A stretch of DNA of 61,467 nucleotides, counting the filler, from Sphacelaria rigidula (lineage: Eukaryota): assembly GCA_964200075.2 (NCBI GenBank). It is 9 parts of 9 records of this genome, joined end to end, with 100 filler letters (N's around TTAATTAATTAA, not from the genome) between each part and the next. Parts side by side here need not be neighbours in the genome. Positions count along the whole stretch, not along the records: positions 47,888 to 54,627 come from CAXNAA020018316.1; positions 54,728 to 61,467 come from CAXNAA020018317.1; 7 more parts are not named here. One strand, given 5' to 3'. Under the pieces are notes generated by a model, which was given only the letters and a program-made list of their open reading frames with translations, was not told where the DNA came from and ran no database searches. Below, piece after piece: positions 49,585 to 61,467 of the stretch; the stretch's first letter is position 1; each line of letters begins with the position of its first letter. The position numbers and the translations under genes were made by a program.

Positions 49585-50158
49585 CGTGTTCTCCTGTACT
49601 GACTGTCGTCTGCACAGAAGTCACCGTATCAACATGCATGCACCAAATTTCACAACAACAGCTGTAAAACCTAAACAGTTCGGTTTTCTCAACTACTTCC
49701 ACACAGTTTTAAGGGCTCTCAAGACCTGAGGAGGGGTGGTTTTCCCGTCCCCGCGCCAGGTATTAAAAAACGATGGCAGAGGTTTTGCAAGCGCATGCAA
49801 CACTGACGGGGGCACAGAGAGTTTCTCCTCAACGAAAATTCGAATTTTTCCACCTGCAAACCGCTTTATGCGCATTGTTTTCTAAGAAGAACGTCAAAAT
49901 GTAGATTTCTGTTCAGTTCTGCACGGGTTGCCTCATGCCAATCCCAGCAAAGTTTGGTATTGCTGTTCGACAGTATCTTCGCACGTTTGACCGGACTCAA
50001 AGCGGCCACCTTTCCTCAGGTCTTGAGAGTTCTTTAAACTGTGTGGAAGTAGTTGAGAAATCGAACTGTTTAGTTTTTACGTCTGTCGTGATATTCGGTG
50101 CATGCACATTGATACGGTGACTTCTGTGCAGACGACAGTCAGTACAGTAGAGCAACGA
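49585..50158. mobile_element. Long-TIR non-autonomous element (~150-bp TIRs, Mutator-like architecture)
   Basis: GTACTGACTGTCGTCTGCACAGAAGTCACCGTATCAA...CTCAACTACTTCCACACAG...CTCTCAAGACCTGAGGA at 49596-49737 is inverted at 50008-50146. No clear TSD. Confidence 0.8.
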
Positions 50159-50602
50159 AAGCTAGCTATGATCGGGTTTGCCTGCCGTACTGCCGACATC
50201 GTTGCTTGAAAGCCACAAGACCTTTGCGGTCGGTGGTTGATGGCGTGGGTGTCAAATGCAACGACAAGTGGTTGATCATAGAGCACTCTTACTTCTCGTG
50301 AATATATCGTCTCAGCTTGTAATGTATGACCCCCTCACATCGGAATTCTGGAAAACTACTGTACCGCGGTGTTCACGTTGCCAGTTGCTCCAGATTGCAG
50401 CATGGAGGCAATCCTATGCGCCACGCTAGCAACAATTAGGTCACCACCATAGGTATCGTTTTCACTTCGCATGTCAAGAACGCCTCCACACATGTTTGAT
50501 CTCTCATACACCCTCCCAACTGGCGTGTGGCACGCTCTTGTCGTCATGCACTCAGAGGGTCACATGTCGGGTAAAATCAACGATGAATAACACCCCCCAA
50601 GT

Positions 50603-51111
50603 TCAGATTGAATCTTTTATTGCCGCAGCACCGTCCTTGTTGGCATGTGTGTGACAGACAACAATAGCGGTGATGGGACCATCGCTCTTCTTTTCAACGA
50701 TGTGTTCTGCAGCGCACAGAGGCACGTCCTGTCCAAAAAGAGAGGCAGAGATAAACCGATCTTTGCATTGGTGAGCTCCACAGACAAGAAGAGACGAGAT
50801 CCCTCCGCACCTCGACGTTCTTTGGGGGGCTGTGCAGCGATATAACACGCCTACCGGCACATGAGAAATTGGACACATGCTGGTAACATGCGTGATGCGA
50901 GTCTCTCGAGGGATTGGTAATCGCCGAGCGAGGACACAAAAAGGACACGGGCGAGAAGCTTCCTCTCTGTCGTTACTTCCCCCTCTGGTGATATCGTAAT
51001 CGACACGCGTGTACACCGCATTCGTTCGGTGCACCTCGCCACAACTGCTTAAGTGCTGTAGACATATGGGGCAAAGCTGGTTTTGCTCCGTGTCACTGTT
51101 CCGCGTCATCC
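50603..51111 (-). pseudogene. Cys-rich coding remnant of unknown type
   Basis: An acceptor-like tttttgcag is followed by an open frame with LCPICLQHL, CPFC, YRCT...RCGG. No domain positively identified. Confidence 0.3.
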
Positions 51112-52280
51112 CTGCAAAAAAGATATGCCACTTGAACCTCATTTGAGATATCAACCCCAAAAATTAGGATCCGCTGTTGCCACATGCCGAAAACGCTCAA
51201 TATATTCCTCCGCGGGCGTGCCCAATAAGTATTGGCTGCACAATAGCTATGTGATGAGCGTGCGCAGTATATATCGGAAAACAATACTTTCGCATGACTT
51301 GTGTTCAATATGTGTCATATCAACAATATGTTACGCATCGCTTCGACTTAATATATATACTGACGACTCAATACATACTACACGGTATGCACAACATATA
51401 TATATATATATATATACAAAGGGTTCGGCGGCTTCCGCCGCCACGCTCGATGAGATCGACAGCCAAGGTACATGAGAACCGGTTATCGTTGCTCGCATTG
51501 CGTAACGGCACAGGTCATAGTTTCAAGCGGAGTATTTTCCGCTGTGTGCGTACGAGCTGGGCCAGCCTAGGAACGGAATTAGGCTCTCAAAGCAATATCT
51601 CATCGACTAAAATTCATATGAAACCCCAATCGATCCAATCAGCGGATGGCAACGATTTTCAATCTGGACACTCCCTGGAGCACTGGGAGACGATAGATAT
51701 TCTCACGTTCACCTAATTCGTCATCAATCTCGAGATATGGCGCACATAAGGCTCGATACTAAAATCGATATATTACGAGCAGAGGCACTAGATGATGCTA
51801 TAAATCTGGATATCGCGCCTCAGTTTTCGAGAGTTGTGCTATGAAATTTCATATGGAGAGCCGCTAGTGCATAATGAAGCTACAAAAACAGCTGTTTCAT
51901 TTATTTCGGGTTTTTAGGGCAGTTTTGAGGAGAAATGAACACTGCTCTCCGGCCTTATCTCAATTTTTTAGCTCAATTTTTATAATTGTGATTTGAAACT
52001 CAGCATGAAGGACCGCAGAGGTATGCTGAATGAAAAAAATGGGTCTTCGTATTTTTGGAGGGGAGAGGTTCGGACGTTCTCGTAAAAAGGTAGTCGTTCC
52101 CACACTAAAACGCCCTACTAAACCAGTGAAAAATAAATAAATACCAGCTTGACCCATTTTTTTCATTCATTATCCCCCAGCGAGGTCCCACACAAAGTTT
52201 CAATACACAAACACCAAGCTTGCGCCGGTAACTGGTTTTCAAAATACTGTTCCGAATTTCCACCGACCCCGATACTAAAT

Positions 52281-52544
52281 CGCTCATTTGCTGACCAATA
52301 TTTTGAGCTGGCCCCTGAAATTTGGCATGGACAATGCACAGGGCACATGAGAAAATTACGCATGTATCCTAAGATTGTTTTCTGATATTGAATCAAGGGC
52401 AATAATCGGTATAAGGTAACAGTAAAATGTCCTCAACTCCTGGAGGAAAAAAAATAGATACATCGTAATTTTTTTATTGTGCCCTGTTCATTGTCCATAC
52501 CAAATTTCAGGGTCCAACTCAAAATATTGGCAGACGAATGGGCG
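52281..52544. mobile_element. Fold-back MITE (~265 bp)
   Basis: CCAATATTTTGAGCTGGCCCCTGAAATTTGGCATGGACAATGCACAGGGCACA pairs with TGTGCCCTGTTCATTGTCCATACCAAATTTCAGGGTCCAACTCAAAATATTGG. Confidence 0.8.
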
Positions 52545-53079
52545 TGCAAACTACAAATCCGCCTTTACACTACAAATCCGCCTTTAGGCTGGCCCAGCTC
52601 GTGTGGTGACAGATGTCCCGGGAGAAGGATATGAAGAAGAGGCTTATTGATGTATAATCGTACCTGCAGGAACGGGTGAACGACAACCTCCACCGTCGAA
52701 GAACACACACAAAGACACGCATTCACGTTCTCCACACACAGCAACGAATAGGAAACATCGTACACTATCGACGAACACATACCCGGGGACACTCGTACCA
52801 TTAGACAAAATATCATTGCGCCGCCCAATCACCCGAGGACACGAAGACTTGTGACGGATACACGCCAGTGTTCGCAACCATGAGTCCAGCACTATTGCAC
52901 CGCAAAAACGCCCGTAACCGCAGTGACTATCGACATTTTCAATCCCACATCACAATAAGCAGGCAATACTCGCAACGCGATGGATATATATTTGAGAAAC
53001 AGAACATGTAATGTACACAATCGACGAACAACTAACAGTAGGGACCGCGGAAAGCAGTGTAAAAACATATTTTCAAATT

Positions 53080-54060
53080 GAGAAACGACCCGAAAAATAT
53101 GTTCGGGAAAATACATGATGAAAAGTGGCATCGGAAACTTCGCGGCTCGTGATAAAAAGTGTCCTGCATGGAGGAACGACCCGAAGTCTGCGGCTCACGA
53201 GGAAAAGTGTTTTGACAAAAACACAGCGAACGGATATGTTCGACAGATTGGTGAAAAATGGTATTGGAAACTTTGCGGCTGCTACAACACGGGAAAAAGA
53301 GGATCAAGAAGAGACGACAATGATTCGCGCGCGAATCGGTAATGATAGCAAAAGTGGCATCGGAAACTTCACCGGTGATCACTGCGTGCTATGATAGCAC
53401 AGAGGTTCTGTTCTGCACACTGGGAGAGTTCGCGACTCATGCTCGCCGTCATCTAAAAGCAAGTGAAAAAAGTGCACCTGTCTCAGAGCTCGTGGCACCG
53501 ATTCCGACAGGAAACGAACAAAACGGCGGAGCGATTGAAAGGCCTGTGTGCGGTGGAAGAAACGGCGGAACGCTTATGGATATGAAATGGATGAAAATAC
53601 TATGCAAAACACTGTTTGCCGGGAAAGCGATGCTCCTGAAACCTCCTGAAGCGAAACATCTAGCAGAATGGAAGCGGAAAACGTGTACTGTAAAATCAAG
53701 TAATGCTTGTAAGAGGTTGAGAGGACCGGGCAGATACGCTGGGAAAGTCCACGACTCATGATAGCAGAGATGTTCTGTCCTGTGATCTGTTCTGTACACC
53801 GGGAAAGTTCGCGACTCACTATAGTACGGGGAAATGCTCGGTTCTCGGAGCTTATTGGAAGGCCTGTATGCTGTGTGAGGTGGACGAACGAAGGGTCTAC
53901 TTTGACGGCGAGGAAAAAACGGCGGAACGAAATGGATGAAAACACCATGCAGAACACTGCCGGGAAAGCGATAAAAACGGTGCTCCCGAATCGACCTGAA
54001 GCGAAATGTCTAGCGAAATGGAAGCGGAAAACGTGTAATCAAGAGTGAGAGGTTGAGAGA
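53080..54060. repeat. Degenerate tandem repeats: three units with AAAGTGGCATCGGAAACTT, then a ~370-bp duplication (~53390-53755 and ~53757-54060)
   Basis: ATGATAGCA...GTTCGCGACTCA...GAAGCGAAA...GGAAGCGGAAAACGTGTA occurs twice. Confidence 0.65.
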
Positions 54061-54547
54061 ACGATATGACCCCGTTTCGCTCTACTTCGCTGTGCTCTAA
54101 AATCAAATAAGAGATAATACTGCCTTCTCAGAGCTTCTGGGAGAATGAAATGGGCGCGAAAAAATGTACTCTAAAATCAAGTGAAAAAAGTGCATCTGCG
54201 TCCAAGGCTCTTCAACGGCGAAAAGGATAAAATGAATATTTGTCATACATATTGAATGTTTTGTTCCCGGAGCAAATGCATGTTCAATATATATTCTCAT
54301 ACATCACTTCGCGATCAAGACACGAGAAATATATGTTGTTGCTTCAATGTCTCCGAGGATATTTCCGTACAATGTATAATGCAAGGACAATATTTGCGCT
54401 GTCTCCAATACCAAGCATTGGCATCATATAACAGGGGATTCTATAAAACGAGATTGATCAATGAAATGAGGTTTGAGGAGGCTAGCCAGTATGCGACAAA
54501 ACCCCGAGGGGAGTACCGTCCGCAAGTGCCTTCGATCATTTTCGGGG

Positions 54548-54610
54548 GGAGGGGCGTACTCATTTGTTGCTTGCCTTAGTCGTTTGACCATTGACCACGC
54601 CCCGTCTCGA
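54548..54610 (+). repeat. Short abundant repeat preceded by a G tract; copies at ~16055-16125, ~34045-34106 and ~61325-61390 (inverted)
   Basis: GGGGCGTACTCATTTGTTGCTTGCCTxAGTCxTTTGACCATTxACCACG. Three of the four copies lie at contig ends. Confidence 0.8.
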
Positions 54611-57600
54611 AAGGTCAATAGTCAAACNNNNNNNNNNNNNNNNNNNNNNNNNNNNNNNNNNNNNNNNNNNNTTAATTAATTAANNNNNNNNNNNNNNNNN
54701 NNNNNNNNNNNNNNNNNNNNNNNNNNNGCGTGGTCATTGTGGCGTCCATGAACGGCAAATGAGCGGGGAAAGAGCCGAATGTGTGGGCGCCATGGTTAAA
54801 GTTGGCGCGTCGACTCCTTCGCGCGCGATGTGCCGCATCAGGTACAGTGTAGAGAGCGATGGCCTACGAGCTGAGCCAGCCTAAAAGCGGCTAAAAGTTG
54901 AGTTTACCGGTTGGGAGGGTGAGAAATTTCTCGGAAATGTATGATTCCGAACAGATTTTAAACACTGACACTAACCGTCGGGTAAGGGGGTGCAAAGTGT
55001 TCCGGAGGCAAAGTGTGCGTTGACAGACCTCAAATGGGCGCCCCAGGCGCCGATTTCGACTACACGCGTTCTGCGCACGCTAGAAAGAAGCACGCTTGGA
55101 GCACAGCCCGGATTTCGCTGTCTACATCAAAATCAAGTCGAACTGAAAATCAACCATAGCACCCTCCCAAGTGGTGAACTGTACTGCCAGGCATGCAGTA
55201 TGGCAGGCGTAAAAATGTGCTGGGTCTGGCCGTCGTGCTGGCACGTCGCCCTCGGCAAACGCAGCTGAGACTGATGCATAGAACGCACGCAAAGCCGAAA
55301 CTGGTTCATGAAGAGGCAAGGCAAGATCGGAAACCCCAACCTGGTATTCCATCCATGAGCATAGGTCATTGCTATATGTTCGACCACGAACTTGAACTCG
55401 AGAAAAATTGCGGCAACATTTACTCTGCCTTCTAGCCACGATCTACTCTTACGATATACTGTTGCGATTCTCCAAAACCCAGCGGCACTGTGAAAAGCCG
55501 GGTTTTCGAAGGAGTTGACGCGGAAGCCGTGGTGCTAACGGTTGGTCCTGACATTAGAATATTTCCATGTAGGTTGGGATTTGAATCGGATTTTTTCGCG
55601 TCTGGCGCGGGTAAACACGATGGTTACACCACGATTTGATGGCCATCATGACGAAATCGCTGGCTGTAATTCATGCGTGTGGCTAAGCACTGTTCGATTT
55701 GCATGGCGAGCACTGTGTTGCTCTGGTCAAGACTATGATAGCTGTGCATGCATCATTTCCCAACTATACCTTGGCTTCCGCGTATTCATTCAATTCTCCG
55801 TATCATGAACTATGCCCAGAAACCATGCACCCTACAGTCAAGGCGTCTGTAATTTACATGCGAGCGATTCACACGCCAAAAACGTGACACGAAATCGCAA
55901 ATGCCGTGCTGGGCGAGACTAGGTTTGTTCAAACGACCTCATTGTTGGCAATACGCCGCGGTTGCGAGCTGCACCCTGTTCTCGTTGTGAAGTGAGTTGT
56001 GCAGTCGAGCAACGGCGGGAGCTGGCGCAGGAGTCAGGGCTGGGGTACAAAAGATGCCGCCTCTGAGACACCGAAGAGGTCTCTCAAGGAAACAGCGGAA
56101 GGTTATAGTTAGAGTCATGACATCCTGGCTTACGTTTTAGGCCAATGGGGTTCAAGCTTTCACTGTTCAACCGTATGAATTGAGCCGATCTACTTACGGG
56201 CTCTTCATCGTTAAGCCTATTGTTGTACTTCGCTAGTTCGATCATCATCGGGGTGTTATTTGAAAGAGCATGATGATACCCCGTGGTTGGTTCAGAACCA
56301 GAGCCAGAATGTAACGGTCAAAGGTATTTCGAGCTCCGCGGCGCGCACTCATGAGTGGCCCAGGCTGCCGTGGTGTGTCTGCGCTCGCTGATGCAGCTGC
56401 GCACCCGTGTGACGCCAGAGGACACCGCAAAGCCTTTGGCTGTAGGGTGGTTCTCCCACCGATGCGCAATCCAGTTTAGCAAACGGTACTTGTAAAACTG
56501 ACAACCTTAACACGGTACTGTCTCTGCCGTACTCTAAACTGTACTGCTTTGAACAGTACGGCACCGTTACATATTTTGAGACGGCGCTTTGTCCCAGCAT
56601 GCGTAGGCTCCAGTTCGATGAAGTTGCAAATGATGTCGACCCGACTTAGTGTGGTATTCTCTTCCGTTCGTACACAGAACAAAAATTGCCGAATGGTCGC
56701 AAATAATGGTTGTTACTTGACTTTAGAATGAACACCGATATTTGGATCTTTTGGAGGGCTGACAGCCCCAAATGCTCCTAGCTCGCCCAGAACATGTTTT
56801 TGCCTGCGGCGCCGATGTGAGGTCTGCTAATGCACACTTTGCCTAGGACACCCTCTGCACCCCCCGTGCCCGGGGGTTCTCTCATGCCGTCGCAAGGGTA
56901 AGGGTTAGGGGTATCGTTAGGGTTGGCGGCGCCTCGTTAGTCATACCTACCATAGCTTCCGACCGTTTGGTGAACAGCCCTCCTTATACACACGCTAAAT
57001 TTATGTGCTGATGAAACCACGCTTGAATCCACCGTAAATTTATACGTATACGAGTCTCTACTACTTCAAAACGTTTTTCGCCCTACTGCCCTGTGATACG
57101 GAGAATACAACACCTATGGTGGCTTACCGAAAACTTCACATGTACGGAAAAGGCGCGGCATGCTGCTGTCGGGCACGAAGTAGCCATTTCTGTAGAGATG
57201 AATGACCCAATTAAGAAACGCTTAATGCACCTGACGGGGAAGGCTCTGTTTCGTGGGAACCCTGACAGGTAGAACAATGCCAAGGGTATTCAGAAAGAGA
57301 CATTTCAATCCTCTATCACCCCAGCGTTTCGAAATTGAAAAATAATGAAACGAAGCTGCAGGAGTATCAGTGGTGTTTGGCTCTATTGACGTGAGAAATG
57401 CAGCCAAAATACCCTCAGTTTAAGTAAGATACACTTCACCTAACAGTTGATATTTCGCGACCTGAGACATGTCAGACCTTCTCCTTTGGCACAAATATTT
57501 ATGAAGTAGTGCGATCGGGTTTGCCGAAAAAAAGTGAAGAGAAATTCAATGCGGGGATAATAATGGCCCATCCCCTGGTTTTCGGAACAAATTCCGCCAT

Positions 57601-57627
57601 TTAGTCTGTGTTTGGCAACGCCGTACT

Positions 57628-57990
57628 GGTAGCTCCGGTGGCTCAGTTGGTAATCCCGAAAGCTCGTGACAGCTGGGTCGTGGGTTCGAATCTCGATGCA
57701 GTGACACGATCTGGGATTTTTTCTCACGCAGTGCCTAACAGTGGAGAGCGACTACGTTGTGGGCACACAAAATTCGACTTAGTGGCCGATGAGCGAACTG
57801 GAGTGCTGAACCCCTCTCTCGATAAAATAAATAAGGCAAGCACTGCAGATGGAAGGCGGAGAACTAAAACAAAGAAAGAAGAAAAAACTCCTGTGTTGGC
57901 TTTCCTCCTGTGTGACCCCGGCTGATGCGTTCACATATACCGAAAGGTGCAGACTGGCGTCCAGAAAAGATGGGATGACAACACACATAC
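57628..57990 (+). mobile_element. tRNA-derived SINE, full length, possible TSD CGTACT
   Basis: A box TGGCTCAGTTGG, B box GGTTCGAATCT, family body, ACC-GAAA-GGT hairpin and CA tail; CGTACT on both flanks. Confidence 0.88.
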
Positions 57991-60886
57991 GTACTCGTCT
58001 AAAACTATAAATATATTTCTATATATTTATTCTCTTTGTTTTACCCATTTAAATAGTTTTGACAGTAAGCTCCCAAAATGTGGTGTTCATCGTTTAGATT
58101 GAGGTACTACATGACGACCGTTGAGTGGTGCCCCATCACTCATTCCTCACCAGAAATCGATGATGACTACGAAAATGGAACGCCTGGGGCGTTTCAGACC
58201 TTCTTCTTTGGTTTAACTGTTTATGAGTGCGGTCCGTTTTGCACGAAAAAAATGATAATTCGGGGATGATAATGGCCGATCATCTAGTTTTCGGAACAAA
58301 TCTGGTCCTCAAGTCTGTGTTTGGTAACCCCTTACCTGACGAAGACATTGTTTGCAGTGCTATTCCTTTTCAAAGTTGTGGGGGCGGTGTTTTCGAATGT
58401 TAGGCGTCAAGAAAATTCGCACCGCGTCTGTGATGACGCCGAAGCTTGGAAAATGTGTTGATTGGCCCTAGAGCAAGGTCTCACAATCGCTCGTGCATCC
58501 GCACAAGGCGGTGAGGACCCAGTCTGCATTGAAACGGTAGATACCTGGGGTACCAGCCTTTTTTTCATTCAATACGTCCTGCATGATGACGAATATACTG
58601 GGTACGTCACCGATCGGGCTCGCAGGCCAGAACGGATCCTGCCGGCGTCGTCGACGATCTTCGCCCAGTCAGAGATGAACACCCATAGAAACCCAGCAAA
58701 TAAGCAGTATATACTGTCCCCCATATACACGAGGGTCGGGCTGAAGATCCCCGGTCCAAACAGCCCGACATGTCAAGGTTAAGCTTCTCCCGCGCGATCA
58801 CTGCGTTCTGCCACGGACCCTTGCCAGCGTACCCGACAAGGGGGCAAGATACCCGTACAGATAGCGGCAGTGCTAGCGTATCTCAAGTGCTGACAGTCTG
58901 CAAGCCGGCAAGGTGGTTAAAGCGGTGTTCTTCTAGCGATTTCAATTTACTGTGCCCTGTGGCAGAGTTTGCATGGGAATATTTTGGCGATTGCCTCGCT
59001 TGCACGTTGCCCATATGTTGCTGATCTGTTCACGATCTCAACGCGCCAGTTTATACGTGAAATGTACTACGGCCTGGGCAAAGAATTCTACAGTCAGTAC
59101 GTACACAATTTCGAAAGTGTACCGCACACAGTATATAATCTATTGCCTGCTATGATTCGTGTATACTCGTACTTGTAGTCTGGCAACTGCACGCTACATA
59201 TAGACACCAGCGGGTCAAAAACTCCACAACGTGAAATGTCATGGGCGGATTTCGCGCCATAGCGACTGTTATCATTCAGTTTCGCCCGAGATACGGGCAG
59301 CCACTACAGCGGTGGAGGCAGCCTCTCACTCCTGCGTGCGCCACTTGGGGGCAAACGCGTGCTTGGCTGCAACACGGGCAGTTGTACACAATGTGGTGTA
59401 ACGATATAGCGCGTCGCGAGGGGTGATATCGTGATATCCTACGTACACGTTGGCCGCAGCAAAAGCGTCTGCGTTCATGTTGTGGTGGGTGAACTGCATA
59501 AGACAGCGGGGAATCGATGCAGCACAGGAATAGGCTGAGGATGTAACTTTCTGTGGTGTGCTATGTCACCCTGCACCCTGCCACTGTGCAGTGAGCAGGT
59601 AGTATCGCCCAAGGCTTCACTGCTGCGGTTGGCACGCAGCAGCGAACACAGACAGCAAGCGGTATATTGATATATTCGTATACTACAGCTGTATATGTGT
59701 GTCTCAAGAGGGAAGCACACGGGGTGGGGCGCGCATCTGGAGAACCCTGCACCAGCTTCGCCCCGATCCAGCAATTATAGACATTTTTTCAGCAGTAATT
59801 ACTTGCGATGTGTGCTGTGACGGATCTCGTGCGTGATGCGACCTTTTCCACCGTGGGGCATTACCCGTGAAGCCACCTGTTGAGGCTGACAGTGCCTACT
59901 CCTCTTCCGACGCTGCGGAACATGACTCAAGCTACTGGAACGTACACATCTCCCACGCTAATGCCTCCATATCATCGAAAAGAAAACACTGTTTAACCCA
60001 TCGAAATACGTTTTGGCAGTTATCTCCCAAAATTTGGTGTTCATCGGTTACGATTAAGGTACTGTAACGCACGTTGGGTGATGCCCCCCAATCACTCATT
60101 TTTCACCAGAAATCGGCAGTGACAACGGAAGTGGAACACCTGCGACGTTCCAGATCGTTTGCTTTGGCACGAACCCTTATGCATCACAATGCATTAGAGT
60201 TAGGGTTAGGGTTAGGGTTAACCCTAACCTGCTCCAAGCGATTTGACTGCAGGTGATCGAGCTATCAGCTTTGTTTCTCGGCCAACACCACTGCACCAAA
60301 CAGTCGGCGTAATTCGGCCTTGTCCCGCAAAGCGAGGGTACCGATCGCTGCCTTCAACCCTTCGACTACCCATCCTGTTCATGCTAGGTGTCTGAAGTTT
60401 TCGTCCGCCGACAGTTCCGCGAGGTTTTGGAGAATGTTCTTCGTAGGCGCAGATGGACGTTACTTGGATATGGGCGGAAAGCACGATTTGTACAGAGCTT
60501 AACATTTGGCCGATAGACCCGCAGCAAGCCTTTGTCTTGGGTTGGCTGTAGCGGGTGCACCTTTTACCCTTATCACTATCCCGCGAAATCCTGGGCGCAC
60601 AGTTGCTTCAGACTATTATAGTGTACGGTCTACGTGAGTCGAACCTCACTCGGGTAGGTTGTTGTGTACCTTACTGGGCTGTCAAATGTGTGCACCTTGT
60701 GTTGAAGGCGGCCGTTGCCCGGAGTATGCCATGGCTGCGGTCTACCCCGACACTTCCCCCCCCCCCCCCCCTCCTTCTGTATAACGATTGACGAGCACAC
60801 TCATCTCACTTCATTATTGTTTGCATTCTCGTCGCTTTTGTTCGTTTACTCCATCTTCCCATGTCCGCTTTTTGTTGGTAATGCAG

Positions 60887-61041
60887 AGCCGTGGTCCAAA
60901 ACCCTGGGACGCAATGCGGCCTTGGAGTACACACGCGATTCGCCCATGTTCCGAAAACGCCTTTGGGCTTTTCAGGAGACCCTCAAACCCCTGGAGGGAC
61001 ACGCGGTGCGGCTGTTGGAGCGAACGGAGGCATACTGCACG
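60887..61041 (+). CDS. Exon encoding the start of a BAR domain (ACAP/APPL/plant AGD-type)
   Basis: Pyrimidine tract plus gcag|...|gtgcgt. Encodes EYTRDSPMFRKRLWAFQETLKPLEGHAVRLLERTEAYC; DSPxFR marks the N-terminus of this BAR class. Confidence 0.7.
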
Positions 61042-61467
61042 GTGCGTGAAGTGATTCAAGTGATTGATTTGCTTGACTTCACCGATTGCCTCGCGAACCG
61101 TAATTGAGTACTACTCAGCACCCCTTAACGCACAAGATACGGGCTTTCCTTGTTCCATGCCAGTGTAATAAATTGTTGTCATTTTTCTGTCCCACGCTGT
61201 CGTTAAAAAGTGTGGAATTGGTAAGGCAGGCCCATGCACGTGTGGAAGGTTCCGAAAATGGTAACCATGGTTGAACACTTCGTTTCATGTTGTAAATGCA
61301 CCCCAAACGGGTCGGTGCACCGTATCGAAGGGGTACGTGGTCAATGGTCAAACGAACAAGGCAAGCAACATAGGGGTACTTCCCTCCCCTGCCCCCCCCC
61401 CCCCCCCCCCCCCAGATGGGTCTCTTTTGGTGGGTTCGACTCCCACACTGCCCTTAGCAAAGCTTTC

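Noticed and set aside
57628..57705. Functional tRNA gene (also 9590-9665, and weaker tRNA-like pieces at ~10340-10410 and ~33385-33450)
   Set aside because: A/B boxes are present but there is no convincing acceptor or anticodon stem; they continue into SINE or other repeat bodies.

Overview
Eukaryotic, intron-rich, repeat-dense DNA, most likely from a brown alga (inferred from the ankyrin family and the Gypsy pol tail, not verified). It is not one locus. Nine unrelated contigs of 6742, 6741 (x5) and 6740 (x3) bp are joined by eight artificial 100-bp N44-TTAATTAATTAA-N44 linkers, so no synteny can be read across linkers. Most ORFs in the track are spurious. The supportable coding content is: a phase-consistent 4-exon 3' part of an unrecognised gene (contig 1); two exons of a probable PPR gene bracketed by inverted repeats (contig 3); an intronless ankyrin-repeat pseudogene with two frameshifts (contig 4); six phase-consistent exons of an RNF213/mysterin-like AAA+ module including a GC-AG intron (contig 6); decayed Ty3/Gypsy pol/integrase remnants (contigs 4 and 7); and one BAR-domain exon (contig 9). 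The rest is a tRNA-derived SINE family (8 copies or fragments), more than a dozen MITE or fold-back palindromes, a duplicated 42-bp tandem array and other dispersed repeats. No bona fide CRISPR, rRNA or tRNA gene is supported. I did not find a clearly new complete biological system; the best leads are listed as findings.
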